DNA of 64,000 bases from Octopus bimaculoides (lineage: Eukaryota), in assembly GCF_001194135.2 (NCBI RefSeq), contig NC_068996.1, positions 9,800,924 through 9,864,923 of the forward strand, in the 5' to 3' direction. The notes beneath the pieces were generated by a model. It searched no databases, was not told the DNA's origin, and saw nothing but the letters and a program-made list of their open reading frames with translations. The first letter of the stretch is position 1. Every line of letters starts with the position of its first letter. A program made the position numbers and the translations under genes. Below are positions 1 through 12,579 of this stretch, one piece after another.

Positions 1-332
1 AACAAAATGTCAATGAATTAATATATCCATTTTTTCTGCTGTTGAGATCTAGATAAGACGGGAACATGTCCAAAGTTCCAGTCTTATCTAGAAAAATGAC
101 AATATTACTGACTTAGTAATTAATTTTTTTTTTTTTTACCTCAATACACATTCATTTTATTTAATATCACAAATGATAAATAATGGCATTACTGGTCAGA
201 GATTTCCAACCTGGCCATTCACTGCATTTGTGACAAGTGTCTCTAATAAGTCGGTGTAGTACGGATATTGATTTAATTGGCTGATATAAATCCATTAATG
301 TTATATGCACATATATTTGTGTAAGACAGTTT

Positions 333-537
333 CTTATTTCTTTACTGCACACAGAGGGGACAAACGGATCAAGTTGATTATATTGACCCCAGTGTGTAAC
401 AGGTACTTATTTAATCGACCCCGAAAGGATGAAAGGCAAAGTCGACCTCGGCAGAATTTGAACTCAGAACGTATTGGCAGACGAAATACCGCTAAGCATT
501 TCACCCAGCATGCTAACGTTTCTGCCAGCTCGTCGCC
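333..537 (-). mobile_element. tRNA-derived SINE family B (other copies ~9303-9536, 34618-34847, 35180-35352, 46790-46975)
   Basis: GGCGGCGAGCTGGCAGAA head with B-box-like GAGTTCAAATTC; multiple similar copies. Confidence 0.8.
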
Positions 538-1393
538 TTAGACAGTTTCTATCTAACCAAATTCTACTATCACAAATGTTTGGTCAACTCATGAGTATGG
601 TAGAAGACATTTGTCCAAAGTACCATGCTGCAGGATTGAACCAGAAACTATGTGAATCAGCTGCACTTTCTTTAAACCACACAACCATTTATATAGTTAA
701 AAAAACTCATTAAATGTTAACACAAATTTATCTAAATGTTATGTTATTCCACATAGATGGAAATTATGCACCACAGTTTTAAATTATTAATTACTTTAGA
801 TAGAAATGTCTTTAATTAATTTAGACTTCCAGTTTTGTATATTAGATTCATTTACATAAACTTCACTTTGGAATAACTCATAGATTCTAAAGCAGGTTCA
901 AATCCTTGTTTACATATTTCCCATCTCTGTTTGTCTGTCTGTCTCTCTCCTTTCTTTCAGTGAAATAGAAATATATGTTTATTATATTTTATGTTGATCC
1001 CAACTTATAAAATGCATATTGGGATATTATCTGAAATCAAATCAAAAAGGAATTTTTTTTTTTTAATTGCACTGATTTATCATCACATTTTACAGACCCC
1101 TGTTTTCCAGTGAGGATAAGTATGGACGGTTAGTTAATCAGCAGAACTGCTGATGCTTCTAGTTCCCTACTTGTTATAAAACTTTCTTGATGACATATTT
1201 CAGGTGAGTTTAGTACCTAAGAGACATTGGTGTATCTGGTGATTTTTGTTTCTTGGTTCCAAGTTCACTTTTGCATTAATTGTATTTTTCTTTTATTTTC
1301 TAATTTTTTTTTCTTTTAATGTTCAGTGAAAATAGATTCCTCCATTAGTTTATAATCCTTAACTTCAATAAAAATTTCACTGGTTTTGAACAT

Positions 1394-1399
1394 TTTATT
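1394..1399 (-). terminator. candidate AATAAA polyadenylation signal of the VPS9 gene
   Basis: TTTATT on + strand ~75 nt past the stop; other candidates exist in this AT-rich region. Confidence 0.3.
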
Positions 1400-1474
1400 G
1401 TTGTGAAAAGAGCCTTTTGAGAAAATATGTTGTTGATCATGTATCTAATAAGGTCCTGTATTTAGCTATCGTTT

Positions 1475-1526
1475 TCATCCACATGTTTCACAAAACACAT
1501 CATCTTGAAGATTTGATAAGAAATCC
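1475..1526 (-). CDS. VPS9-domain protein terminal exon 19: DFLSNLQDDVFCETCG*
   Basis: ttcttgcag acceptor, phase 2, TGA at 1477-1475; total CDS 1575 nt is a multiple of 3. Confidence 0.75.
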
Positions 1527-2233
1527 CTGCAAGAATAATGTTGAAAAGAAGAATATTAGTAAAGATAATGGAAGTGGGATAGTGGTGGTGAATACTTTTC
1601 TTTATCAATTTGTTTTTTTATTTTGCTTTGTGGGAGTCTGTAAATTTGGACATTGATGTACTGATTACTGGATCAGGTATGTTTATAGTTGGATGTCTTT
1701 CTAACTGAAGTGTATGTGAGAATTATCATCAATTTAATATCCACTTCCTCATGCTTGCATGAGTCAGTTTGAAATCGTTGGGGCTAATTTTCTATGGTCA
1801 GATGACCTTCATGTTGCCAACCCCCACCTGTTTCAAGCAGGTTAATATTTCTCCATGACCAGACATTTCACAGAAGCATTCGTTTACAACTTGCACCATG
1901 TTAAGGCAAGGGCACACTAACACACACATATACATACAACAGACTTCTTTCAGTTTCCACCTACCAAAATGACTCGAAGCATTAGCAGGCCTGAGACTAT
2001 AGTGGAAGACATTTGCCCAAGGACCATGCAGTTGGACTGATTCCAAAGCCATATGATTGGGAAGCAAGCTTCTTACCACAGAGCCTCTCTTTGGATTTTC
2101 CTAGACCACAATATAAAAGCTGTAGAAAGATTCAATATCAGTGAATGTCTCTGCAAGGAAGTGTTTGAACTTCTACGTGTTTGTGCATTAAAATGTACAA
2201 GTCAGTTGTTTATGTGAATTAACATTTACATAC

Positions 2234-2330
2234 CCTAAATCAGGTTTTTTAACACTTTTGCTGGTACTAGTACTACTCTTCGTCGGGACTAACTCTGTAG
2301 ATGTTATCGAGATCTTCTTACTGTAAGGTC
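2234..2330 (-). CDS. VPS9-domain protein exon 18: PYSKKISITSTELVPTKSSTSTSKSVKKPDL(G)
   Basis: tgtttacag acceptor, gtatgt donor, phase 1 to 2. Confidence 0.8.
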
Positions 2331-2872
2331 CTGTAAACACAAAACAGCTATATTTATAACAAAATCTAAAATTTCACATTCATAGCAAGAACTTGTGTGA
2401 GAATTTGTCTCAAGGGACAGTTGCTTGGAAAGCTAAAATACTAGTGAAATTTTTAAACTGAATGAAAATATTTCAAAAGGAAGAACAAAATATCTTTATG
2501 TTGATTTCCAGAGTAAAAGGAATTTAAGGGATGTGGCTTTCTCTTTAAAAGGAAGAAAATATTCTAGCAAAGAAACTGTTTATTCCATAGTTAGGAATAC
2601 ACCATTTTGTGGAATAGTATTCTTATAGCTGAGATTATGTACCTTTAATCACTAGATCATAGTCAATTGTAAACATTCTGCTAGATCAATAGACTTCCTG
2701 CATTTGCAGCCCATTGCTGGTGTATTTCTCTGTCTTCTTTCATTACTACTACTACTACTACTACTACAACTATAGACTCTACTCTTAAGAACTTAACTGG
2801 TTACAACCACATCTGTTGTACTCTGCTTTTCAACTAGGATAGCCTCATTACCAAAATCTGTTCTTATAATGT

Positions 2873-3253
2873 GTTGGCACTCCATTCCTTACGACGTCGA
2901 GGGTTCCAGTTGATCCAATCAACGGAACAGCCTGCTCGTGAAATTAACGTGCAAGTGGCTGAGCACTCCACAGACACGCGTACCCTTAACGTAGTTCTCG
3001 GGGATATTCAGTGTGACACAGAGTGTGACAAGGCTGACCCTTTGAATTACAGGCACAACAGAAACAGGAAGTAAGAGTGAGAGAAAGTTGTGGCGAAAGA
3101 GTACAGCAGGGTTCGCCACCATCCCCTGCCGGAGCCTCGTGAAGCTTTAGTTGTTTTCGCTCAATAAACACTCACAACGCCCGGTCTGGGAATCGAAACC
3201 GCGATCCTATGACTGCAAGTCCGCTGCCCTAACCACTGGGCCATTGTGCTTCC
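2873..3253 (-). mobile_element. tRNA-derived SINE family C (~385 bp)
   Basis: A box TGGCCCAGTGG and B box GGTTTCGATTCC; reverse complement of 15696-16083. Confidence 0.85.
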
Positions 3254-3753
3254 ATGTTCTTATAATAGATCTGGACTAATAAACAACTTTTGAAGTTAAT
3301 ACTTAAATTAACCTTTTAGTATTTAAACCAGTCATATCCAGCCCAGATATTCTACTTATTTTATGTTCAAGCCAGCCAGATCTGGCCTCTCACACCTACC
3401 CTAGAATGTCATTTTAAAAATATGCAATCACATCATTGAAATCTCAAAGCTATAAGATAAGGTATGATTTATTCAAAACAATAGGAATAAATAAGGATTA
3501 CATTAAATAGTTGGAAAGGGGTTAATTTGACAGCGTGTTTCTCTACCTCCACGTTTATCTGCAATCACAAGTCTTTGGTTGCCCAACCAACTAGAAAATG
3601 TAGCCAAACTGTATCCTGTCACCTTATAAAAGAAGTACATATTGAATAATATTGTTCCAAGAAGAGACGAGATAGGTGTGTCTGTTCTATCAGAGTTGAT
3701 CCAGGTTTAAAAAATAACAACAATGCCAATGAATAATCATAAATTCTACTTAC

Positions 3754-3943
3754 CAAATATACTACTAGTCCTCTTATTCTTAACAGGTGCCTCTTCATTG
3801 GATATCTCCCTGAGACGTCTTGTAATATTGTCCATTGTTTCATCTAAACTTCTTGGCGGCCGGCGCCTTTCCAGGTGAGTATTTAGTGTTGTGACTCCAG
3901 ACGAGGATTCACTATATTTCATACGTGCACCCATTGTTTCTGA
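3754..3943 (-). CDS. VPS9-domain protein exon 17 (S/T/R-rich tail): SETMGARMKYSESSSGVTT...NKRTSSIF(G)
   Basis: contains ORF 3746-3934; tttttag acceptor, gtaagt donor, phase 0 to 1. Confidence 0.8.
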
Positions 3944-3971
3944 CTAAAAATTAGAATTATACATCAGACAG

Positions 3972-4004
<33 letters not shown>

Positions 4005-4385
4005 CATCATCGTTTAATGTCTGCTTTCCATGCTAGCATGGGTTGGACGATTTGACTGAGGACTGGTGAACCAGATGGCTACACCAGGCTCCAATCTGAT
4101 TTGGCAGAGTTTCTACAGCTGGATGCCCTTCCTAACGCCAACCACTCAGAGTGTAGTGGGTGCTTCTACGTGTCACCAGCACGAAGGCCAGTCAGGCGGT
4201 ATTGGCAACGGCCACGCTCAAAAAGGTGTATTTTACGTGCCACCTGCACAGGAGCCAGTCCAGCAGCACTGGCAACAACCTCGCTCGAATGTCTTTTCAT
4301 GTGCCACCGGCACAAGTGCCAGGAAGGTGATGCTGGTAACAATCACACTCAAATGGTGCTATTTTCGTGCCACATGTATAGCAAA
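4005..4385 (-). mobile_element. (GAT)n-tailed repeat family E (RTE-related SINE or LINE 3' end)
   Basis: near-identical to copies at 6730, 12335, 18250, 28245, 31600 and 50528. Confidence 0.8.
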
Positions 4386-5132
4386 CACAAAGGGATTATA
4401 AAATCTAAGTGGGATTCTCAATCACCATTCCTGCAAATTCTGGCTAAAAATGTGAATAAAAGTGGAAACCATTTATTCAGTCTGAGATCCCAAGAATTAC
4501 AAATTACTTAGAGTGTAATATATTAAGTCCAAGGATGGGACTTTTGGTAACACATTTATTCCTTAGCTACATGTATATCAACATCAGGTATCGAAGTGAT
4601 CACAAGAATGTGAAGTGAAGTGTTTTGCTCAAGAACACAATGCACCATCCAGTCTAGGAATTGAAACCACAATCTCGGGATCAAGAGTGCAACACTCTAA
4701 CCACAAGGCCATGCACCCTCATACACACACACACGCTTCTAATTAGGTTTTGTCTGCCATTGGTACTCACAAATCATTTATTGGCTTGAAGCATTGAAGA
4801 AGCAATAATAGAAGACACTTGCCCACAATGCTGCATATCTGGACTGAACCTTTAGGCCACATGGTTACAAAATGGACTTTTTAAGCACACAGCCATGCCC
4901 ATGTCTATGAAATAACATGGCATTTATATGTGTGTGTGTATGTATGTGACAGCAATGTGCTGGTGCCACATCAAGAGCACTCAGTACACTCTGTAAAGAG
5001 GGTGGCACTAGGAAGGCCCTCCAGCAGTAGAAACCAATCCAAAGCAGACAAATGGGGCTTGGTGCAGCTCCCCAGCTTGCCTGCTCTTGTCAAGCCATCC
5101 AACCCATGCTACCGTTGATATTAATTGCTTAC

Positions 5133-5247
5133 CTGTGACTTATGGGTATGCTGAATAGTTGGAGTTGGATCTGAAACAGGTCGAGAAGTCATCGTGGTTT
5201 GCTCCTTCATGTAGATCACAGCTGCTTTCAGTGTCACCAAACAGTAA
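5133..5247 (-). CDS. VPS9-domain protein exon 16: YCLVTLKAAVIYMKEQTTMTSRPVSDPTPTIQHTHKSQ
   Basis: VPS9 C-terminal helix YCL.T..AAV; cttgcag acceptor, gtaagc donor, phase 2 to 0. Confidence 0.9.
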
Positions 5248-5529
5248 CTGCAAGTAAGAAAGTCGTATAACAAACTGCTTTCTGATGTCTAACACAAAGT
5301 TTCATTAACGGAGTAACATTGTCTTATAATTGATTTGATAAAACCCTATACATCCCTGACATCAAAGTTACCAGAACAATTTCTTAACAAGTAGCACAAA
5401 ATTTTCAAAGAGTTATGGATTATGTTTGAAAGTGACCCAAAAGGTAAATTTTGCTAATAAATTAAAACAAAAAACAAAACAAAACAAAAACAAACATAGT
5501 ACCATTGTGTGGTACTTTGGGGAAGTGTT

Positions 5530-6095
5530 TTCTACTATCAATGGCCCAGGTCACTTAATGCCTTATGAGTGAATTTGATTGATAAAAATTGAAAAAAGTC
5601 CATATGTGTGTATGCAAATTATCATCATTATACAACATCCCTTTTTCCAAACTGGCATGAGTTTGGCCAGTTTGACATCCAGAGACAAGCCAGAGGACTA
5701 TGCCAAGTTCTTCTGCTTGCTTTAGGGAAACACAATCTTTCAGGATGATAATGCACCAATTCACACAGCTAAAGTTGTCACTGAATGGCACGAGGAACAT
5801 TCTAGTGAAGTTGAACATCTTATCTGGCCACCACAGTCCCCAGACCACAATATTATTGAACATTTATGGTGCATTTTAGAGGAACAAGTAAGGAGTTGAT
5901 ATCCTCCGCTATCATCACTACAAGAACTGGAGACTGTTTTAGCTGAAGAATGAGGAAAAATTCCTTTGGAAACAATTCAAACTTTGTACGAGTCCATACT
6001 TCATAGAATTCAAGTTGTAATTACTGCCAAAGGTGGTCTTACCCCAAATTAAATTTGAAATTTTAAGGTGTTTCCATTATTTTGTCCAACCCCTG
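5530..6095 (+). mobile_element. Tc1-like transposon 3' fragment
   Basis: QDNAPIHTAK..WPPQSPDHNIIEHLW; terminal ...TTTTGTCCAACCCCTG followed by TA. Confidence 0.85.
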
Positions 6096-6729
6096 TATAT
6101 ATTTAAGGGACAATATATAGATTTGAGTGATCCAGTAGTACTCTAAAAAAAACCTCCTTAATGTATCGTTCTACAAAACATAGAGTATATAGTACAATAC
6201 AAGAAAAAACAATAAGGAGTGTAAAGTCATAAATGACAAAGAGTTTGATGAAATCTTTATATAACAATAAGAAAATTCTAATATAACAACAAATTGTTTG
6301 TATTTTGCATGTAAATAATTTACTTATTATTAAATATAATAATATAAACTATTTACATGTTTTTAAGTTACAAAACAATTTGTTGTGATAATTAGAACTT
6401 CCTTATTGTTAAATAAAATTTCATCAAGCTATTTCTCAGTTGTTTACGACTTTATATATATGAGTCTACAGCTGAAAACACTTGTCTAAGGAACCATACA
6501 GTAGGACTGAACCCACAGTTGCTAAGTGAACTGTTTAACTGCACAATCATACTTCCATTTCTAAGTATATTTTATCAGTCCCATGGTTATAACAATGGTA
6601 TAATATGATGAAATGAATAATGATTTCTTTTATATTTGTATAGACCATTCATGGGCAAAGTGCAGCCCATGGAACTTTCCGAATGGTATATCTAAAAAGA
6701 AAGTCACCATCATTATCATTATTATCATT

Positions 6730-7033
6730 TAACATCCATTTTCGAGCGAGGTCGTTGCCAGTGCTGCTGGACTGGCTCCTGTGCAGGTGGCACGTAAAAT
6801 ACACCATTTTGAGCGTGGCCGTTGCCAGTACCATGTGACTGGCCCTCGTGCCGGTGGCACGTAAAAGCACCCACTACATTCTCGGAATGGTTGGCGTTAG
6901 GAAGGGCATCCAGCTGTAGAAACTCTGCCAAATCAGATTGGAGCCTGGTGTAGCCATTTAGTTCGCCAGTCCTCAGTCAAATCGTCCAACCCATGCTAGC
7001 ATGGAAGGCAGATGTTAAACGATGATGATGATT
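6730..7033 (+). mobile_element. repeat family E
   Basis: inverted copy relative to 4005-4385. Confidence 0.8.
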
Positions 7034-7836
7034 TATAAGCTGGGATGGCTGAGATAGTTTCACAAGAGCTGGCAACTCAGAAGACTGTTCCAAGTGTCAA
7101 TGTCAGTTTTGGCATGGTTTCTACAGTTGAATGCCCTTTCTAATGAAAAATTACCTTCAATTTTTTTTTAGTAATGCTGTCTGCTGAAGAATCATCTCTC
7201 ATGTAACCCACACAAAAAAGGTTGCTCCAGTATGGTATAGATTAATAATTTGTAGAAACATAACCAAGTAGATTAATCACAGTCCTTACCAGCTACTAAT
7301 TTTCCCAAACCCAGAATGGATGAAAAACAATCTTATTCACATGCAGTATTTGAACTCAGAAAGTAGAGGGTCGTAACTAGATAATGAGAATCATTTACAT
7401 TAAAATTTGCAAAGCAAAAATAAATAATTTATCATAAGGATAAGGAAAAGTCTAACATTTCTGGCAAAACTCTTATCTTCTGCCTTCCCTTCTTCCAAAT
7501 TTTAAATCATATCTCTTTCCTGATTTTCAAATTTACAATAGTTTTTGATTATCTTGTTACTTTGACCATTGTCCTTCTACTGTCATCGGTTTCCTGTTGC
7601 TACTCCCTCACTACTATTATTTTACTCCCTCTCACTACTTATTTCTTTATTGCCCAGTTGAATGGGCTTGAGCAACATGAAATGAAGTGTTTTGCTCAAG
7701 AACACAACAACAAGTTGCTTGGTCCAGGAATTGAAACCACAATCTTACAATCATGAGTCCAACACTGTAACCACTAAGCTGTGTGCCTCCCACAATGAGA
7801 AATAACTTTACATTAATTACTTTAAACCATCATTAC

Positions 7837-7940
7837 CTGATATTGTCCTTGTCCTTTGATGCTGCTGACCAGTTGAACACGTCCATGTAAAATATGTTAC
7901 TCTGTAGATGTGGACACTGTGCTTTTATCAACACCTTCAC
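7837..7940 (-). CDS. VPS9-domain protein exon 15: VKVLIKAQCPHLQSNIFYMDVFNWSAASKDKDNI(S)
   Basis: VPS9 LIKA..P.L.SN..Y...F motif; ttttttgacag acceptor, gtaatg donor, phase 0 to 2. Confidence 0.9.
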
Positions 7941-8231
7941 CTGTCAAAAAAGAAATAAAGAAAAATGAAGACATAATAGTGGTTTGATCCCAGAGCATGG
8001 TATTGATAAGCCACAATAATGGCAAAACATCTGTATCTAGCACTCTCAGATTCAATCTGAAGCAAGTTGTCTTGCCTGGTCTATGACATTCAGGTGTTTT
8101 TTAACACTCAGCATTGTGTAGGGAGCTATCCCAGATGATATCCTGCAGCAAATTCAGTACATAAACAAAACACATATACTGTGTATGTGCAATCAATAAT
8201 GTGTGTGTGTGTGTATATATATATATTTATT

Positions 8232-8527
8232 TACATATATAGGGGTGGCTCTGTGGTAAGTAGCTTGCTTACCAACCACATGGTTCCGGTTCAGTCCCAC
8301 TGCGTGGCACCTTGGGTAAGTGTCTTCTACTATAGCCTCTGGCCAACCAAAGCCTTGTGAGTGGATTTGGTAGACAGAAACTGAAAGAAGCCCATTGTGT
8401 ATATATATNNNNNNNNNNNNNNNNNNNNNNNNNNNNNNNNNNNNNNNNNNNNNNNNNNNNNNNNNNNNNNNNNNNNNNNNNNNNNNNNNNNNNNNNNNNN
8501 NNNNNNNNNNNNNNNNNNNNNNNNNNN

Positions 8528-8560
<33 letters not shown>

Positions 8561-8665
8561 TGTATGTATATGTTTGTGTGTCTGTGTTTGTCTCCCACAA
8601 CATTGCTTGGCAACCGATGCTGGTGTGTTTATGTCTCCGGCACTTAGCAGTTCGGCAAGAGAGTA
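8232..8665 (+). mobile_element. tRNA-derived SINE family A with internal microsatellite/gap (other copies ~1945-2090, 8866-8965, 20276-20440, 27763-27915, 59965-60375)
   Basis: GTGGCTCTGTGGTAAG..GGTTCAGTCCC head; shared CTTGGGCAAGTGTCTTCT body. Confidence 0.8.
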
Positions 8666-9302
8666 TAATAATAGTATAATAATATTATTTTATTATTTTA
8701 ATATTTATTACTTTGTACTTTTTTGATTTTTATTATAGGTCTTTTTAATGTATTTACTTATTAAATTTTTCTATATGTGATTGTGGATTTTCATGGATGA
8801 ATTCAATAATTGTGTTTTTTTTCTCTAAATTATATATATATAATATATATATATACGGCAGGCTTCTTTCAGTTTTTATCTTCCAAATCCACTCGCAAGG
8901 CTTTGGTCAACTTGGGGCTATAATAAAAGACACTTGCTCGAGGTGCCACACAATGGAACTGAATCCAAAACCACAGGAACAAAATAAAATACAAGAAAGG
9001 GGATATATAGATTAAGCTCTTTAGTTATCCATTGTAAGGAAGAAATGACGATCACTATTCATTCCTCCTAAAAATGGAAGATTAAAAACTATATTCTGAT
9101 ACTTTTTTATATTATTTTTTTCCCCCTTTTTCCTGTTCCTGAAGCCTTTTTTACTTTTGTCACAAATCTTCTTTCCAGAAATTAATTTTGAAAAGGCATT
9201 GCTAATTTCAAATGTATATAATCAAACTTCATCTACTATTTCAGCAATGAAGATAGTTAAAAATTTAAATCAAGCAAGATTTTCATTATTCAAAACTATA
9301 TA

Positions 9303-9536
9303 TTTATTTCTTTATTGCCCACAATGGAGCTAAGCATAGAGGGGACAAACAAGGACAGACAAAGGGATTAAGTCGATTACATCGATCCCAGTGTGTAATT
9401 GGTACTTGCTTAATCAACCCCAAAAGGATGAAAGGCAAAGTCGACCTCGGTGGAATTTGAACTCAGAACGTAGCGGCAGATGAAATACCGCTAAGCATTT
9501 CGCCTGGCATGCTAACGATTCTGCCAGCTCGCCGCC
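9303..9536 (-). mobile_element. tRNA-derived SINE family B
   Basis: near-identical to 333-537. Confidence 0.8.
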
Positions 9537-10259
9537 CTATATATAACTATATATTCTGGAAACACAAGTGAGCCTCTGTGTGATTATTTGTTCTGCTAGA
9601 AATAGGAGGTAAATCTTCCTCAGGTCACACCATACAGTCTTAAAGAAAGAAGGACACATTTGATAGTAGCCAATGCATTATATAACCAAAACAGAATTGA
9701 AAGCCTGACCAGGAGTTAAACAACCAAAACAATTAGGCTTGTGTGAAGTTGACACAAACTATTAATTCTAATTAAAATTTTTTTTAAAAAAATTTTTCTG
9801 TCCTTCTTGTGTGGTTATATAACAACCAGTACAATATATTCCAAAGTGTCCCAACTTTCAAAACATAGAGTAGATAAAACAGGGGACAACTGATGAAGGA
9901 AATGTTCTTTATGTTGCCTGTCTCATTTCTCTATTTGTTTCTTTCATTGTCTGAAAAAAAAGTTCTTTTTCCATGTTTTTGTTTTTATGTTCTCTTAATG
10001 AGGTTGTTTGTCTTATTTGAAATAACAGTCAAATCCACCTCAAATTTCACCCTACTTTCTTACAAGAAAAATGACAGGAAGGACATGGTTTGAATGCTTT
10101 TAATTATAAGTTGATCTGTTTAATCAAGATTGACTAGAGATTAAACAGTAACAACAGCACAAATAAATTTGTAGTTGTTGAACAACTATGGACTTATTCT
10201 TTTCAATCTTCAATCAAAAAATAACTTATATACTAGAAGACTCTTGTAACTAAACTTAC

Positions 10260-10300
10260 CAATAAAGGAATAAGGTCATCTGAGGTAATACAAATGGATG
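10260..10300 (-). CDS. VPS9-domain protein exon 14 (41 nt): (S)SICITSDDLIPLL
   Basis: VPS9 catalytic xxDDL(L/I)P motif; strong acceptor, gtaagt donor, phase 1 to 0. Confidence 0.92.
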
Positions 10301-10639
10301 CTGAAAGTAGAGAAAAAAAAGAGAAAGAACTAAGAGAAAAGATACAGATTAAATTTCTAAAAATATGTTTTCTTCATAACAGAACACAAAAAGTCATAAC
10401 AAATAAACATATACCACTTAGCAGTTCGGCAAGAGAGACCGATAGAATAAGTACCAAGATGTTTTGTGGCATCAGATCTAGAGATGTGAAGAGAGGAGAT
10501 ATATGTGCATGAGCACCTGCCAGTCTTTTTCTAAAAATCTCATCCAGGCCTACACACACACATTGTTGTCTTAAGGCATGCACAAGCTGGGAAGTTGCTC
10601 GGGGAGGCAGGGGCTGAACTGTATAGGGTTCACTTCTGA

Positions 10640-11440
10640 TTTATGTATGTAGTGGCTTGATGTTAAATACTTTAGGGTTTGGTGTACTAATTTTCCTGGG
10701 ATCCTATAATGCTGTCAAGATGGCCATGCGCATACATGTGCAGAGGCATGGTCAACACTGACCAAGAGAAGCCCTCATATAACAATAAATAATTTGATAG
10801 TAAGCTAATAATAATAGTTGCCCAAATTATGTTTTGGAGGTATCACTGTATGTTTTGAGAGGTTATGGATCTGCTCATGGAAGGTTCCTTTTCAAGGTGC
10901 AGGACTGGATATCTCTTGGAACAAATATATTCAATCCATAGCCATGTCAGCTGCCAAGAAGCTTGGAATCTATATTCCATGCAAACTTCTTATACCCAAG
11001 AGTATCCTGTACCTCAATAAGGCATTGAACACAGCTGTTATCTTTGCATTGGTGCTTCCTCTGAGTATCTTAACTTCCTTGATCAAATTCAGAATCAAAT
11101 CGTTAACATATTGGATCTTCTTTTATCTACTAGGTTGTAGTTTTTGGTTCATTGTCAAAATGTATCTTTGTTGCATCTTTTCTGCAAGTATTTCCATGGT
11201 CATTGCTCAAATGAATTTTTTGGAATAATACCCTCTGTCAAAACCTTTAAGTATGTCACTTGGTTCTCTTCTCAGTTGCACCATTTCTCTGTTGAGCTTC
11301 CAATTAATCACAAGTCCTTTTTATTCTAAAGTCTGCTTTGTTCAAACTGCTGCTCTCTGGAACTCACTATCTTTGTCTTGTGTTCTAGTGATCAAACTGA
11401 TCTATGATATCCAGTCCTTCAAACTTTCTGTCAATTGACG
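10640..11440 (+). mobile_element. decayed CR1/Jockey-group LINE fragment
   Basis: SWNKYIQSIAMSAAKKLG..PKSILYL motif. Confidence 0.55.
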
Positions 11441-11614
11441 TCCTTTGAATTTGTAGGACATGTCTTTCCCTTCTTTGTAGTTTTTTGTGCCATAGTGACC
11501 TCACACTTTGTTGGAGACAAAATTGTATAAAAATTGAAAAACATAGAGGGCTCACATACCAACTCAACTAAGAAACAATAGCAATGACATCAATAAATAA
11601 AATATTATACTCAC

Positions 11615-11681
11615 AATTAGCACTTTTACAGAATAGCCTCGATTTCTCTGTATGTTGTGAGATTCCACTTGAGATGCTATC
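11615..11681 (-). CDS. VPS9-domain protein exon 13: DSISSGISQHTEKSRLFCKSAN
   Basis: tttcaaag acceptor, gtgagt donor, phase 0 to 1. Confidence 0.8.
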
Positions 11682-11820
11682 CTTTGAAATACAAACATTT
11701 ACAGATTTCATATATACATTCAAGCAGAGTGATGTCAACTTTGCATATTACACATTTAACTCATACAAGCATTTATGCATCTATATATATACATATATAT
11801 TTGGAGAAAGATAGTTATGG

Positions 11821-11900
11821 CCAGTTAATAGAGTTATCCAGAGTTTCGCATTCATAAAATGCTTGGCTTTATATTCGTCTCATCAGACCCTAATGACTGG
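11821..11900 (-). ncRNA. degenerate type I hammerhead-like motif
   Basis: helix I with 12 of 14 pairs, intact CUGAUGA and GAAAC, poor helix II and III. Confidence 0.45.
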
Positions 11901-11976
11901 TATCCTATAACCTTTCGGTGAAGTTGAGGGAGAAAAGGTCTCATGGATAGTTATATATATGTGTGTGTGTGTGTGT

Positions 11977-12310
11977 GAAGGCACATGGCTCAGTGGTTAG
12001 AGTGTCGAGCTTACAATCATGAGGTTGTGAGTTCGAATCCCAGACTGGGCTGCATGTTGTGTTCTTGAGCAAGACACTTTATTTCACGTTGCTCCAGTTC
12101 ACTCAGCTGTAGAAATGAGTTGTGATGTCACTGGTGCCAAGCTGTATTGGCCCCTTTGCCTTTCCCTTGGATAACACTGGTGGTGTGGAGAGGGGAGGCC
12201 GGTATGTATGGGCGACTGCTGGTCTTCCATAAACAACCTTGCCCAGACTTGTGCCTAGGAGGAACTTTCTAGGTGCAATCCCATGGTCAGTCATGACTGA
12301 AGGGGGTCTC
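11977..12310 (+). mobile_element. tRNA-derived SINE family D
   Basis: TGGCTCAGTGG A box, GAGTTCGAATCC B box. Confidence 0.8.
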
Positions 12311-12334
12311 AGCATATATATATATACATACATA

Positions 12335-12520
12335 CATCATCATCATCATCGTCGTTTAACGTCTGCTTTCCATGCTAGCTTGGGTTGGACGATTTGGCAG
12401 ACGACTGGTGAACCAGAAGGTTACACCAGGCTCCAATCTGGTTTGGCAGAGTTTCTACAGCTGGATGCCCTTCCTAACGCCAACCACTCTGAGAGTGTAG
12501 TGGGTGCTTTTACGTACATC
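12335..12520 (-). mobile_element. repeat family E, truncated
   Basis: sequence identity to 4005. Confidence 0.75.
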
Positions 12521-12579
12521 TGTCTAACCATCTAACCTATGCTGGTATGGAAAGTGGATGTTAAATGATGATGATGATA

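Noticed and set aside
1097-1203. Plus-strand exon-like segment with a strong cag|gtgagt donor near the VPS9 3' end
   Set aside because: All three frames are interrupted by stops and no partner exons were found; it could be a non-coding antisense exon but is unsupported.
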